This document shows positions 40,885-51,734 of a stretch of 64,000 nucleotides of DNA, piece after piece; positions within the stretch are counted from its first letter, which is position 1, and each line of letters opens with the position of its first letter. The position numbers and the translations under genes are program-made. Location of the stretch: contig JACKGY010000008.1 in assembly GCA_020639295.1 (NCBI GenBank), positions 66,740-130,739 of the forward strand, in the 5' to 3' direction. The notes below the pieces were generated by a model. That model did no database searches. It worked only from the letters and a program-made list of their open reading frames with translations, and was not told the DNA's origin. The stretch comes from Planctomycetota bacterium. Lineage in GTDB: Bacteria > Planctomycetota > GCA-002687715 > DRQF01.

Positions 40885-42000
40885 TCACTTGCCGAAGCGG
40901 ACGTTGCCGCCCACGTTCTTGGCGTCGGAGAGCTTCTTCGGCACGTCGACCTGGATCTGGCGGGTCCGACCGTCGCGCAGGACGGTCACGTTGTAGTGCG
41001 ACTTGCTCCGGTAGGTCTTGCGCACGTAGTTGACCGCCGACTCCTTGTTCTTCACCGGCTGGCTGTCGATCTGGACGATGACGTCGCCCTCGCGGATGCC
41101 GAACTCGGACAGCCGGCTCGGCAAGGACTTGATCTTCAGGCCATCGCCGCCCTGCGCCGACTCCACCTCGACCTGGTCGAGCAGCTTCTCGCCCTCGTCG
41201 CCCAGGGCCTCGAGCCCCTCCTGGGTCCAGGTCACCAGGGTCTTGTCGGCGACCTGGGTGCTCTTGGTGAGCTTGCCCGAATCGACCACGCCACCGCCCT
41301 TGATCTCCTCCTTGCCGTGGAGCACGGCCTCGCTGCCGATGACCGTGTTCCCCGGGCCCTGGACCCAGATCTCGCCCTCGACCGGGGCGGCCAGGCTGAC
41401 CTTGACCTCGGCCTGGTCCTGGTCCTTGTTCCAGGAACAGATGATGGCGTCGGGACGGACCTCGAGCAGGCGACAGGGGCCCCACTTCTCGAGCTGCGGG
41501 TCCTTGTCGTCGCGGAACTCCTGGCCGATGCCGAGAACGTCGCCGACCTCGTAGAAGTAGATCCCGTCGTCCTTCTGGTTGGGCTTCTTGCTGTTGATCT
41601 TGATCCCGGCCCCGCCCCGGGTGACCGTCGCCGGGCCGCCCTCTCCGGTCGGCGCCAGCACCACGGTGACCGTGATCAGGCCAGCGAGCGGCGGCGCGTT
41701 CTCGACCTTCGGCCCGACCGTGGGCTTCTCCACCTCGGGCGGCTTGACGTAGCCCTCGAAATGGAACTCCTTGTCGAGCGCGGTCTTGAAGCGGGCCCAG
41801 GGTTGCTCCGAATTGGCGTCCGCGCTGCGCCGGACCGTGACCCCGTCGATGGTCTCCTCGATCTGGCGCCGGTAGGACTCCTCGTCGGCACGGCGCTTCG
41901 GGCCGCTCTTGGTCACCATCAGGAGGACGCAGCCGATCAGCGCGAAGACGATGACGAAGTTGAGGGTCCAGAGCAGGGAACGCTGGGTCGTGATCTTCAT
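40885..42000 (-). CDS. Membrane-anchored PDZ-domain protein (GspC/PilP-like)
   Basis: N-terminal TM segment LLWTLNFVIVFALIGCVLLMV. The C-terminal PDZ-like segment is GLKIKSLPSRLSEFGIREGDVIVQIDSQPVKNKESAVNYV. It lies directly downstream of a PilT/PilU-family ATPase. Confidence 0.6.
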   Translation of the reverse strand: MKITTQRSLLWTLNFVIVFALIGCVLLMVTKSGPKRRADEESYRRQIEETIDGVTVRRSADANSEQPWARFKTALDKEFHFEGYVKPPEVEKPTVGPKVENAPPLAGLITVTVVLAPTGEGGPATVTRGGAGIKINSKKPNQKDDGIYFYEVGDVLGIGQEFRDDKDPQLEKWGPCRLLEVRPDAIICSWNKDQDQAEVKVSLAAPVEGEIWVQGPGNTVIGSEAVLHGKEEIKGGGVVDSGKLTKSTQVADKTLVTWTQEGLEALGDEGEKLLDQVEVESAQGGDGLKIKSLPSRLSEFGIREGDVIVQIDSQPVKNKESAVNYVRKTYRSKSHYNVTVLRDGRTRQIQVDVPKKLSDAKNVGGNVRFGK

Positions 42001-42194
42001 GGCTCGCGACGATCTCCTGGGCGTAACGGGCCGATTCTAACCGGCTTCGCTCCCGGAGGAAACGCCGCGCCATCGGCTCCGAAGGGCTTCGACGGCCCGG
42101 CCGGGCGGAACTTCCCGAGGCTTCTCGAGGGCGGGGACGCCCGGAGCCGGACCGTCTCCCCCCTCGGGACCGGCGCCGTCCGGGGTCCCGGGGA

Positions 42195-43295
42195 TCAGAT
42201 CCGCAGGCGGCTCGCGCTGGTGCCGGTCTCGATGCCGCGGATGATGAGCTTCAGGTCGTCGGGGTTGTCGGAGGCCGCCAGGGCGTCCTCGAGCGACACC
42301 AGACCGTCCTCGTAGAGCCGCTTCAGGCTCATGTTGAAGGTCTGGGTGCCGTAATACTCCTGCCCTTCCACCAGCGCCTTCTCCAGCTCGAGGGTCTTGC
42401 CCTCGAAGACCAGCTCGCGGACGCGCGGGGTCGCCATCAGGAGCTCGACCGCCGGGACCATGCCGGCGTCCTTGAGGTTCGGGATCAGGCGCTGCGAGGC
42501 GACGCCGGCCAGCACGGTCGAGAGCTGCAACCGGACCAGGTCGTGCTGGTGCGGCGGGAAGAAGGTGTGGACGCGTTCCACCGTCTGGATGGCGTTGACG
42601 GTGTGCAGCGTGGTGAGGACGAGGTGACCGGTCTCGGCGGCGGAGATGGCCGCCTGCATGGTCTCCTCGTCGCGGATCTCGCCCACCATGATCACGTCCG
42701 GCGCCTCGCGCATGGCGGCCCGGAGGCCGGTCGCGAAGCTCTCGGTGTCGACGCCGACCTCGCGCTGGCTGACGATCGAGAGGTTGTCGGTGAAGGTGTA
42801 CTCGACCGGATCCTCGAGCGTGATGATGTGCTTGTTGCGGGTGTTGTTGATGAAGTCGACGATCGCCGCGAGCGTGGTCGACTTGCCGGAACCGGTCACG
42901 CCGGTGACGAAGATGATGCCGCGATCCAGGTTGGCCAGGTAGGCGAACTGCTGCTGCGGCAGCTTGAGCTGCTCGAACACCGGGATGACGTTCTTGATCT
43001 GGCGCATCACCAGGCCGATCGAACCGCCCTGGCGGAACAGGTTGACGCGGAAACGGCCGGCGCGGGGAGCCTGATAGGAGAAGTCGATCTCGCCCTGCTT
43101 CTCGAAACGATCGCGAACCAGCGCCGAGGCCACCTCGGCGACGATCCGGTCGCCGTCCTCGCGGTCGATGACGTCGTCGGAGAGGAAGAGGACCTTGCCG
43201 GAGACCTTCACCGCCGGCTGGCTGCCGGTCTTGAGGATGAGGTCGGAAGCTCCGGCCGCCACGGCCATCTCGAGTGTCTTCTGCAGATCGAACAT
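42195..43295 (-). CDS. PilT/PilU-family hexameric ATPase (PilU-like; lacks the AIRNLIRE motif)
   Basis: ASDLILKTGSQPAVKVSGK, Walker A GVTGSGKSTT, and Asp/His boxes (ITLEDPVEY, GHLVLTTLHT). The position of the PilT AIRNLIRE motif reads PRVRELVFEGK. Confidence 0.88.
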   Translation of the reverse strand: MFDLQKTLEMAVAAGASDLILKTGSQPAVKVSGKVLFLSDDVIDREDGDRIVAEVASALVRDRFEKQGEIDFSYQAPRAGRFRVNLFRQGGSIGLVMRQIKNVIPVFEQLKLPQQQFAYLANLDRGIIFVTGVTGSGKSTTLAAIVDFINNTRNKHIITLEDPVEYTFTDNLSIVSQREVGVDTESFATGLRAAMREAPDVIMVGEIRDEETMQAAISAAETGHLVLTTLHTVNAIQTVERVHTFFPPHQHDLVRLQLSTVLAGVASQRLIPNLKDAGMVPAVELLMATPRVRELVFEGKTLELEKALVEGQEYYGTQTFNMSLKRLYEDGLVSLEDALAASDNPDDLKLIIRGIETGTSASRLRI

Positions 43296-43361
43296 GTTGC
43301 CCCCGCTGTCAGGACGGACTCATGCCGATCTATCGACCGCCCGGGGCCCGGGTCTTGACCT

Positions 43362-44363
43362 TCAGGGGGCTTCGGGATGGAGCAGGCGCCAGCAATCCTC
43401 GAGCAGCCGGTCGAGGTTCGTTCGGGTGGCGGAACTCACCGCATAGGACGAGATCCCGAGCTGCGCCGCCAGCTCGGCGGCTCGCTCCTGGGCGTCGGGC
43501 AGAAGATCGGCCTTGCTGAAGACCGTCAACCGCGGCTTGGCGGCCAGGGCCTTCGAGTAGCGATCGAGCTCCTGGACGATGATCTCGTGGTTGGCCAGGG
43601 GATCGCTGCCGTCCTGGGGCGCGAGTTCGACCAGGTGGATGATCACCCGGGTCCGCTCGACGTGGCGGAGGAAGCGATGGCCGAGGCCCTGACCCTCGCT
43701 CGCGCCCTCGATCAGTCCGGGAATGTCCACCATCACGAAGCGGCGGAAACCGGCCAGCTCGACGATTCCGGGGTGCGGCTTGAGCGTGGTGAAGGGGTAG
43801 TTGGCGACCTTGGGTCGGGCCGCCGACACCGCCGAGATGAGCGTCGACTTGCCGGCGTTGGGCAGGCCGACCAGACCGACGTCGGCGATCAGCTTCAGCT
43901 CCAGGCGCAGGTCGCGCTGCTCGCCCTCGAGCCCGGGAACGGCCTGGCGCGGCGCCTGGTTGGTGGCGTTGGCGAAGTGCTTGTTGCCGTGCCCGCCACG
44001 GCCGCCCTTGGCCACGCAGACCCGCTCGCCGTCCTCCTTCAGGTCGCGGAGGAGGACACCGCTGTGCAGGTCCTGGACCAGGGTCCCGACCGGCACCTTG
44101 AGGACGAGGTCCTCGCCGCACTTGCCGTGCTGGTTCTTGCCCCGGCCGTGCTCGCCCGCCTCGGCGCGGACGTGGGGATTGCGGAGGTGGCTGAGGAGGG
44201 TCGATTCCTGGGAGTCGGCCTCGAGGTAGACCGAGGCGCCATGACCGCCGTCGCCACCGTCGGGGCCACCCTTGTCGATGTACTTCTCGCGCCGGAAGGA
44301 GACCTTGCCGTCGCCGCCCCGGCCGGCCTTCACGTGGATGACGGCGTGATCCTTGAATTCCAT
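43362..44363 (-). CDS. obg: GTPase Obg/CgtA
   Basis: [46 protein letters not shown] is the Obg fold. G motifs are [10 protein letters not shown] and [10 protein letters not shown]. It lies downstream of rplU-rpmA, the usual arrangement. Confidence 0.93.
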   Translation of the reverse strand: MEFKDHAVIHVKAGRGGDGKVSFRREKYIDKGGPDGGDGGHGASVYLEADSQESTLLSHLRNPHVRAEAGEHGRGKNQHGKCGEDLVLKVPVGTLVQDLHSGVLLRDLKEDGERVCVAKGGRGGHGNKHFANATNQAPRQAVPGLEGEQRDLRLELKLIADVGLVGLPNAGKSTLISAVSAARPKVANYPFTTLKPHPGIVELAGFRRFVMVDIPGLIEGASEGQGLGHRFLRHVERTRVIIHLVELAPQDGSDPLANHEIIVQELDRYSKALAAKPRLTVFSKADLLPDAQERAAELAAQLGISSYAVSSATRTNLDRLLEDCWRLLHPEAP

Positions 44364-44459
44364 CTGCGCTCCGGACCGGCCCTGGCCGGTCTCATCATGC
44401 GTCGAGGGCACCCGCCCTCAGGGAAGGTGCCCTCGTGGTCGCCTGCGCGTGCTCTCGGC

Positions 44460-44711
44460 TCAGGAGTTCTCGGCGATGACGACGCTGATGCGCCGCTGGC
44501 TGTCGAACTTCACGTGGCCGTCGCTGAGGGCGAAGAGGGTGTAGTCGCGCCCCATGCCGACGTTGAAGCCGGGGCGGAAACGGCTGCCGCACTGCCGGAC
44601 GATGATGTTGCCGGCGCGGACGAACTCGCCGCCGTACTTCTTGACCCCACGGTTCTGGGCGTTGGAATCCCGACCGTTGCGCGACGCGCCCTGTCCCTTC
44701 TTATGTGCCAT
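44460..44711 (-). CDS. rpmA: 50S ribosomal protein L27
   Basis: [40 protein letters not shown]... Confidence 0.95.
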   Translation of the reverse strand: MAHKKGQGASRNGRDSNAQNRGVKKYGGEFVRAGNIIVRQCGSRFRPGFNVGMGRDYTLFALSDGHVKFDSQRRISVVIAENS

Positions 44712-44738
44712 CTCGCGGTCTCCTCGCTGCGGGGCCGA

Positions 44739-45047
44739 TCAGCCCTGGATGCTCTCGACTCGGACCTCGGTGTAGTTCTGCCGGTGGCCGGTCTTGCGCC
44801 GGTAGTTCTTGCGCCGACGGTACTTGCCGATGGTGATCTTCTCGCCCCGGAACTGCCGGGTGACGATGGCCTCCACCGAGGCACCGGCCAGGAAGGGCTT
44901 GCCCACCTTCAGCTCGTCACCGCCGATGGCCGCGATCTTGTCGAAGGTGACCTTGCTGCCGACCTCGAGGTCGCGGAGCTGAACCGCGAAGGTCGTGCCC
45001 GGCTCGACCCGGTACTGGTGACCGCCGTCCTGAATCACTGCGTACAT
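44739..45047 (-). CDS. rplU: 50S ribosomal protein L21
   Basis: [17 protein letters not shown]...[14 protein letters not shown]. Confidence 0.95.
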   Translation of the reverse strand: MYAVIQDGGHQYRVEPGTTFAVQLRDLEVGSKVTFDKIAAIGGDELKVGKPFLAGASVEAIVTRQFRGEKITIGKYRRRKNYRRKTGHRQNYTEVRVESIQG

Positions 45048-45226
45048 TGCTCGCTCCTGACGAGGACGGCCTGGACCCGCCCCCGGAATGTGGTTGAGGC
45101 GGCCATGTTATCGCGAAAAGCGGCCCCTTCAAGGGCGGTCGCCCTGGGAAGGGGCTCCGAGATCCGGCACTGAAATCCCTTGCCGCCAAGGGTTTGCGCC
45201 CGGCCCGTCGGGCCGGGGCCGGGGTC

Positions 45227-46720
45227 TCAGGAATCGAAGCGCTTGATCTCGTACTCCTCGGTCGACAGACCGCCCTCCGAGACGATCACCACCGGCCGGC
45301 GGAATCGGGACTCGATCCCCTCCAGCCGGTCGCGCTTGTTGCGCTTGAGGAAGTCGGCGACCCGGTGGTTCGCCTTCACCTGGACCCGCTTCGCCTTGTT
45401 GTTGGCGAAGATGTTGGTGACCTCGCGCAGGATCTTCAGGCCGATCGAGTCGACGTTGCGGATGAAGCCGTTGCCCTTGCAGGTCGGGCAGACCATGGCG
45501 TTGTTGCGGTAGAGGCTCTGCCCCATCCGCTGCCGGGTCATCTCGATCATGCCGAAGTGCGAGATCCGGGCGATCTTCAGCCGCACCTTGTCGCGGGCGA
45601 AGGCGGCCTTGAAGTTCTGCTCGATCTGGCGCTTGTGCGCCTCGTCCTGCATGTCGATGAAGTCGTTGATGATGACGCCGCCGAGGTCGCGCAGGCGCAG
45701 CTGCCGGGCGATCTCCTGGACCGCCTCGGAGTTGGTCTTGAAGGCGGTCTCCTCGAGGTCGTCCTCGCCCCGGTTCTTGCCGGAGTTGACGTCGATCGCC
45801 ACCAGGGCTTCGGTCTGGTCGATGACGATCGAACCGCCCGAGGGCAGGTTCACCTTGCGGTGGAAGAGCTTCTCGATCTCGTCCTCGAGCCGGAACTTGT
45901 GCATCAGCGGCTGCTTGTCCTGGTAGAGCTTGATCCGCTCCACGGCCGAGGGCATCACCGCGCGCACGAATTCCTGGGCCTTGCGACAGACGTTCTCGTT
46001 GTCCACCCAGACTTCGTCCACCTCCGGCGAGAAGGTGTCGCGGATGGTGCGGATGACGACGTCCGACTCCTGGTAGATCATCGCCGGCGCCCGCTCGCTC
46101 TTCACCCGCTTGACGATCGTGTTCCAGAGCTTGAGCAGGTATTCGAGGTCGCGGACGATGTCGCCGATGTCCTGGCCGACGCCGGCCGTGCGGATGATGT
46201 AGCCCATCCCCGGCGGCGGATCGATCTTGGCCAGGATCTTCTTCAGCCGGCTGCGCTCGTCCTTGTCCTCGATCTTCTTCGACACGCCCGAACGCGACAG
46301 ACTGGGCATGAGCACCAGGTAGCGGCCCGGGATCGAGAGGTAGGTGGTGAGCGTCGGCCCCTTCTTGCCGATCCCGTCCTTGGTGATCTGCACCAGGACC
46401 TCCTGCCCCTTCATCAGGTATTCCTGGATGTTGCCGTGCTCACGGCGCTTGAGCGGGACGTCGGGCACCTCGGTGTTGTTCTGACGGTACATCGGCAGCA
46501 CGTCGGAGACGTGCAGGAAGCCGTTGCGGTCGCCGCCGAAATCCACGAAGGCGGCGCCGATCGAGGGCTCGATGTTGGTGACCACGCCCTTGTAGATGTT
46601 GCCGAGGTAGGAGTCGTTCGCGGTGCGTTCGCAGAAGAATCCCTGGAGGATGCCATCTTCGGTGATGGCGATGCGGACCTCCTCCGGATCTTCCGCGTTG
46701 ATGAAGATCTTCGTTTCCAT
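45227..46720 (-). CDS. rng: Ribonuclease G/E family endoribonuclease
   Basis: AAGGAG lies 5 nt before ATG 46720. The S1 domain is GNIYKGVVTNIEPSIGAAFVDFG. The catalytic core has IDVNSGK, GGVIINDFIDM and a CPTCKGNG zinc-link. At 498 aa it is RNase G-sized. Confidence 0.9.
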   Translation of the reverse strand: METKIFINAEDPEEVRIAITEDGILQGFFCERTANDSYLGNIYKGVVTNIEPSIGAAFVDFGGDRNGFLHVSDVLPMYRQNNTEVPDVPLKRREHGNIQEYLMKGQEVLVQITKDGIGKKGPTLTTYLSIPGRYLVLMPSLSRSGVSKKIEDKDERSRLKKILAKIDPPPGMGYIIRTAGVGQDIGDIVRDLEYLLKLWNTIVKRVKSERAPAMIYQESDVVIRTIRDTFSPEVDEVWVDNENVCRKAQEFVRAVMPSAVERIKLYQDKQPLMHKFRLEDEIEKLFHRKVNLPSGGSIVIDQTEALVAIDVNSGKNRGEDDLEETAFKTNSEAVQEIARQLRLRDLGGVIINDFIDMQDEAHKRQIEQNFKAAFARDKVRLKIARISHFGMIEMTRQRMGQSLYRNNAMVCPTCKGNGFIRNVDSIGLKILREVTNIFANNKAKRVQVKANHRVADFLKRNKRDRLEGIESRFRRPVVIVSEGGLSTEEYEIKRFDS

Positions 46721-46961
46721 GGCGCTCCTTCTGGAGCCGCCCCGGGGGCCGAGCCGCGCCGGGTCTGTGCTCTGGTCGCGTCCCGTCCGGAACGCGTTTG
46801 TTCCTTCCGGCGGCCGGGGCGCTGCGCGCCGGGCCGAAACCGCCGTCATGGAGGGTGATACGAGAATCGCCCCCAAAGTCAAGCGAGGCCGTCCCGGCGC
46901 CGGGCCTCGACCTCGTTGACGGCGGTCCCGAGGCCCCGTCTAATCGACCGGAAGCGCGAGC

Positions 46962-49592
46962 ATGAACAGCGGCGACGACGATACCAAGCCGATCGGAGAC
47001 CGACCGACCCAGGTCGCCGGCCAGGGTCCGACCCCGGCCTCCGGGGGCCTCCGCGGTCGGGTCATCGGCCGTTACCGCCTGGTCGAGGAACTCGGCCAGG
47101 GCGGACAGGGCTTCGTCTACCTCGCCGAAGATCTCGACCTGCATCGCCAGGTCGCCCTCAAGATCCTGCTCCAGGGCCATCTCCTCTCCCCCATGGCCCG
47201 GTTGCGCTTCGAGCGCGAGGCCGAGGCCGCCGGCCGGCTCGACCATCCCGGCATCGCCCGGGTGATCGAGTACGGCGAGCACGAGGGCATCCTCTACATC
47301 GCCATGGATCTGATCCGCGGCCTGACCCTGGGCCAGCTGATCGCCCAGGCCCGCAAGCGGTCCGCCGGCGGCGAGGGCGTGGCCGAGGTCCGGCTCGATC
47401 CGGTGGTCGAGGGCGGCCTGCCGACGACCCCGACCCGGGAACGCAGCGGCGGCAACCTCGACCGCGGCCTGATCGCCGGACCGGTCCGGTTGATCGAGTC
47501 GGCGGCCCGCGCCCTCCACGCCGCCCACGAGGTCGGCCTGGTCCACCGCGACATCAAGCCGCCCAACATCATGGTGCGCGAGGATGGCTCGGCCTGCGTC
47601 CTCGACTTCGGCCTGGCCCAGGACGACGTCGACAGCGCGGTCTCGCTGACCCGCACCGGCGACTTCATGGGCACGCCGGCCTACATGTCGCCGGAACAGC
47701 TCATGGCCAGCAAGCTCCGGCTCGACCGGCGCGCCGACATCTACTCCCTCGGGGTCTGCCTCTACGAGGCCTGCACCCTCGATCGGCCCTTCAAAGGGCT
47801 GTCGCAGCAGGAGCTCTTCCAGGCCATCCGCCAGGAGGAACCCGACTCGCCCCGTCGACTCAATCCACGGATCTCGCGCGATCTCGAGGCGATCATCCGC
47901 ACCGCGATGGACAAGGACCGGGCCCGCCGCTACCCGACCGCGCTGGCCATGGCCGACGACCTCCGCCGCTTCCTGCGCCGCGAGCTGGTCCAGGCCCGCC
48001 CGGCCGGCCCCATCCTGCGCGGCCGGCGCTGGGTGGAACGCAACCCGGCGATCGCCGCCGCCCTGGCGGTGGTCTTCGTCACCTTGCTGGCCGCGACGAT
48101 CCTCTTCTACGTCTGGGGCCGGGACGCCCGCGACTCCCGCGATCTCGCCCGCGAGGAGGCGCGGCAACGGGGCCTGGCCCTCGAACGCGAGCGGACCGCG
48201 CGGGTCGCGGAGAGCCGAGAACGCGCGGCCAAGGAGCGCGCCCTCGAGGACTACGACCGGCTCGCCGACGTCAAGCGGCTCGAACAGGCGATCGCGGCGG
48301 CGGAACGGCTCCATCCGCCGGCGCCCGAGCTGGTGCCCAGGCTGGAGACCTGGTTCGACCGCTTCGCCGGCCTGGCCGAACGCCTGCCGGGACACCGCGA
48401 GCTCCTCGAGCGCATCCGCCGGCAGGCGCTGCCGGCCACCCCCGACGAGGCCGACCGGGTCTGGCGCTTCGAGGACCAGGCCCTCCAGTTCCGCCATGAC
48501 GTCCTCGCCGAACTGGTGACCGACCTCGATCACTTCGTCGGCGACCCGAGCGGCGCCCATCGCCGGATGAGCCGGAGCCTGGAGCAGGCACGGAAGATCG
48601 CCCGGGTCAGCCTCGAGGACGCGGCCGAGGCCTGGGCCGACTGCCGGCAGCGCCTCGCCGGGGACGCCCGCTTCGCCCCCCTCGACCTGGCGCCGCAGCT
48701 CGGCCTGATCCCGCTCGGTCCCGACCCGGACTCCGGTCTCGAGGAGTTCCTCCACTGGTGCAGTCACGAAGGCAGGCTGCCGAGCCGGGATGCCGGGGGT
48801 CGGATCGCGGTCGACGAGGCCCTGGGGATCATCCTGGTCCTGGTGCCGGCGGGCCGCGTCCGCATGGGCGCCCAGGCCGTCGATCCGGCGGCGCCGGGCT
48901 ACGACCCCGAGGCCGGAGTCTTCGAGAGCCCGGTCGACGAGGTCGATCTCGATCCCTACTTCCTGGCCAAGTACGAGCTGAGCCAGGCCCAGTGGCTCCG
49001 ACTCGCCGGGAGCAATCCCAGCTTCTACCCGCCCGGCACCGGCGCCCGCGACGCCCGCTTCCCGGCCGGGGTCACGGCCCGGCATCCGGTCGAGTCGGTG
49101 ACCTGGACCGAGAGCAACGAGATCCTGGCCCGCGTCGCCCTGCGCCTGCCCAGCGAGGCGGAGTGGGAGCGGGCCGCGCGCGCGGACCTCGATCTCCGCT
49201 ACGCCGGCACCGACGACCCGGCCGAGCTCGCGGCCTATGCCAACCTCAACGGCGAGGAGACCCGGGAGCTGGGCTTTCCGGAGCACCAGTCCGGCCATCG
49301 CGACCCCTATCCCCTGCACGCGCCGATCGGCTCGCTGAAGCCGAACGCCTGGGGCTTCCACGATCTCTGCGGCAACGTCTGGGAGTGGTGCTGCGACGGC
49401 AGCTTCGGCTACGCGCGGCCGGCCGGCGAGCGCGGCATCCGGGGGGCTCCGGAGCTGACCGGCGGCCGCATCTACCGCGGCGCCGGCTTCCTCAACCTGG
49501 CCCGCGACGCCCGGATCAGCATGCGCGCCGCCAACATCGCCGGCCTGCGCAAGGACGTGGTCGGCCTGCGAGCCGCGCGCGCCATCGACTGA
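46962..49592 (+). CDS. Ser/Thr protein kinase, TM segment, coiled coil, C-terminal FGE/SUMF1-like domain
   Basis: GQGGQGFVY, VALK, HRDIKPPN, DFG and SPEQ. The TM segment is AIAAALAVVFVTLLAATILFYVW. The FGE motifs are HPVESVTW, LPSEAEWERAAR, NAWGFHDLCGNVWEWC and GLRAARAI. Confidence 0.92.
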   Translation: MNSGDDDTKPIGDRPTQVAGQGPTPASGGLRGRVIGRYRLVEELGQGGQGFVYLAEDLDLHRQVALKILLQGHLLSPMARLRFEREAEAAGRLDHPGIARVIEYGEHEGILYIAMDLIRGLTLGQLIAQARKRSAGGEGVAEVRLDPVVEGGLPTTPTRERSGGNLDRGLIAGPVRLIESAARALHAAHEVGLVHRDIKPPNIMVREDGSACVLDFGLAQDDVDSAVSLTRTGDFMGTPAYMSPEQLMASKLRLDRRADIYSLGVCLYEACTLDRPFKGLSQQELFQAIRQEEPDSPRRLNPRISRDLEAIIRTAMDKDRARRYPTALAMADDLRRFLRRELVQARPAGPILRGRRWVERNPAIAAALAVVFVTLLAATILFYVWGRDARDSRDLAREEARQRGLALERERTARVAESRERAAKERALEDYDRLADVKRLEQAIAAAERLHPPAPELVPRLETWFDRFAGLAERLPGHRELLERIRRQALPATPDEADRVWRFEDQALQFRHDVLAELVTDLDHFVGDPSGAHRRMSRSLEQARKIARVSLEDAAEAWADCRQRLAGDARFAPLDLAPQLGLIPLGPDPDSGLEEFLHWCSHEGRLPSRDAGGRIAVDEALGIILVLVPAGRVRMGAQAVDPAAPGYDPEAGVFESPVDEVDLDPYFLAKYELSQAQWLRLAGSNPSFYPPGTGARDARFPAGVTARHPVESVTWTESNEILARVALRLPSEAEWERAARADLDLRYAGTDDPAELAAYANLNGEETRELGFPEHQSGHRDPYPLHAPIGSLKPNAWGFHDLCGNVWEWCCDGSFGYARPAGERGIRGAPELTGGRIYRGAGFLNLARDARISMRAANIAGLRKDVVGLRAARAID

Positions 49593-49611
49593 GATCGACG
49601 GCCGGAAAATG

Positions 49612-49645
49612 GACGGCCCCCGCCGGCGAACCGGCGGGGGCCGTC
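49612..49645. terminator. Shared hairpin between the convergent kinase and pilQ genes
   Basis: 15-bp perfect stem gacggcccccgccgg / ccggcgggggccgtc with loop cgaa, 20 nt after stop 49592 (+) and 28 nt after stop 49673 (-). Confidence 0.65.
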
Positions 49646-49672
49646 ACGATCATCACTCTCTCGACGCCCGAT

Positions 49673-51526
49673 TCACATGCCCGAGTCGCCGAAGATGTTG
49701 GCGCTCTCCTCGCGGATCGCGTCCATGCGCCGATCGTTCTCGGCGCGAATCAGCGCCTCGACCGTGTCGGCGTCGCGGATGATCCGCGGGGTGATGAAGA
49801 TGATCAGGCTCTCGCGGGTCACCGAGGTCTCCTCGTGCCGGAAGAAGAAGCCGAGGATCGGGATGTCGCCGAGGAGCGGCACCTTGTTGACCTTCTCGGT
49901 CTGCGACTCGGTGATCAGGCCACCGATGACCGCGGTCTGGCCGCTCTCCAGCATCATCGAGGTGATCAGGGTCTGGCTGGCGAGCTGCGGCAGGTCGATG
50001 GAGACCTCGTTGGCGCCGGTACCCGAGGTGAAGCGATCGAAGCCGGGAGGCGTGTTCGGATCGGTGCCGCGACCGACGAGGGTCTCGGCCTCCGGGATCA
50101 CGTCCAGGCGGATCTTGTTGGTACCCGGGATGACGTGGGGAACCATGAAGAGCTGGAAACCGGTCTGGACCGGCGAGTTGTCGGCCTCGCGGATGCTGAA
50201 GGTGAGACCACCGCCCTGGCCCTCCACCGCCTCGGTCTGGGCGAAGCGGACGGTGCGGCCGACGAAGATGGTCGCCTCCTGGTTGTCCAGGGCGACCAGC
50301 TTGGGCGCCTGGACGATGCGGGTCTGCTGATCCTGCTTGAGCAGGCGCAGGGTCAACGACATCCGGGTGAAGTCGAGCTTGCCGAAGGTGGTGGCCGTCT
50401 TCAGCTCGGCATCGGTGAGGCCCGGAACGCCGCTCGAACCGCCCTGGGCATCGGTGGCGCCCGGCAGCACGCCCCAGCCCTGGTTGCCGACCCCGAAGGG
50501 CAGGCGCGAGGGCACGGACGAGCCGTTGATCGAGGCCGCGAGCCCGTCGTCACCGATGTCGACACCGTAGCGCAACGCGTCGGTGTTGGTGGTGGTGACG
50601 AACTTGACGTCGACGAAGACCTGCGCCGGCTCGCGATCGAGCTCGGCGAGCATCCGCTTCACCGACTCGTGGACCGGAGCGATGTCCTTGACCACGATCA
50701 CGTTGTGCTTGCTCACGTACTCGAGCTTGCCGGTCTCCGAGAGCGCGCTACGCAGCGCCTTCAGGACCGAGAACTCCTCGTCGGGGTTCTCGCTCGGAGC
50801 CTTGGGCTGACCGACCGCGTACTCGGTCTTGATCAGCGGCCGGTAGGCGATGTCGGGCCGCACGTAGCGGAGCTGGTAGGAACGGGTGACCAGCTGTTCC
50901 TTGAGTTTCGAGGGATGGACGACCTGCAGGATGCCGAAGTCCTCCTCGACCACGACGAAACCGAGCGACTTCGCCACGGTGTCGAGCGCGGTGCGCCAGG
51001 GGACGTTCGACAGGGTCAGGTGCACGTTGCCCTGGACCTCGGGAGCCGCGACGATCGACGCGCCGGAGATCTTGGCGATGGCCTCGATCACCGACTCGAT
51101 CGGCGACTTCTGGAACTTCCAGGTGATGCGCACCGGCTGTTCGAGGACGTAGAGGTTGTCAGCCTTCTTGAGGATGACGCACTCGGACCGGTCGGCCACG
51201 AGCTGCAGGGCCTCTCGCCAGGGCACGTTGTCGAGCTCGATCGTGACCTTGGTCTCGACGTCGACGTCGGCCCCGAGAATGATGTTGATCCGCGACTTCT
51301 CGCGGATGTACTTGACGACGTCGACCAGCGGTCGCTCGTTCACCGAAAGGGTGACGCGCGTGTCGTTGACGTCCTGATCCTCGCGCCCGATGACGTCGCT
51401 GCCGGTCTCGCCTTCCTGCGCCGGCAGAGCCGCCGTGAACAGGCAGACCAGAAGGCCCGCGACAGCGCCGATTCGAGCGATGCGCCCGGCAGAGGCTCTG
51501 GCGCGCTGCGGGATACGAATGGCCAT
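49673..51526 (-). CDS. pilQ: Type IV pilus secretin PilQ (GspD/secretin family)
   Basis: AAGGAGGG precedes ATG 51526. A signal peptide is present. The secretin C-domain has GQTAVIGGLITE...KVPLLGDIPILGFFFRHEETSVTRESLIIFITPRII. Confidence 0.9.
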   Translation of the reverse strand: MAIRIPQRARASAGRIARIGAVAGLLVCLFTAALPAQEGETGSDVIGREDQDVNDTRVTLSVNERPLVDVVKYIREKSRINIILGADVDVETKVTIELDNVPWREALQLVADRSECVILKKADNLYVLEQPVRITWKFQKSPIESVIEAIAKISGASIVAAPEVQGNVHLTLSNVPWRTALDTVAKSLGFVVVEEDFGILQVVHPSKLKEQLVTRSYQLRYVRPDIAYRPLIKTEYAVGQPKAPSENPDEEFSVLKALRSALSETGKLEYVSKHNVIVVKDIAPVHESVKRMLAELDREPAQVFVDVKFVTTTNTDALRYGVDIGDDGLAASINGSSVPSRLPFGVGNQGWGVLPGATDAQGGSSGVPGLTDAELKTATTFGKLDFTRMSLTLRLLKQDQQTRIVQAPKLVALDNQEATIFVGRTVRFAQTEAVEGQGGGLTFSIREADNSPVQTGFQLFMVPHVIPGTNKIRLDVIPEAETLVGRGTDPNTPPGFDRFTSGTGANEVSIDLPQLASQTLITSMMLESGQTAVIGGLITESQTEKVNKVPLLGDIPILGFFFRHEETSVTRESLIIFITPRIIRDADTVEALIRAENDRRMDAIREESANIFGDSGM

Positions 51527-51734
51527 GGTTCCCTCCTTGACTCGATACTCGAGACGGCGGGGCATGGACCACCCGGTCCTTCGGGGAGGACTTCCCCCCG
51601 GCCCCGTTCCCAATTCCCCGACGCTCTCACATGCCGCGTCGCGATCTGCGCCGACCGGGACCCGAACGAAGACGACCGACCTCACCCGGCGCGTGGGTAG
51701 GGTCGGTCGGCATCCTTTCGAGATCGCCCTGGTA

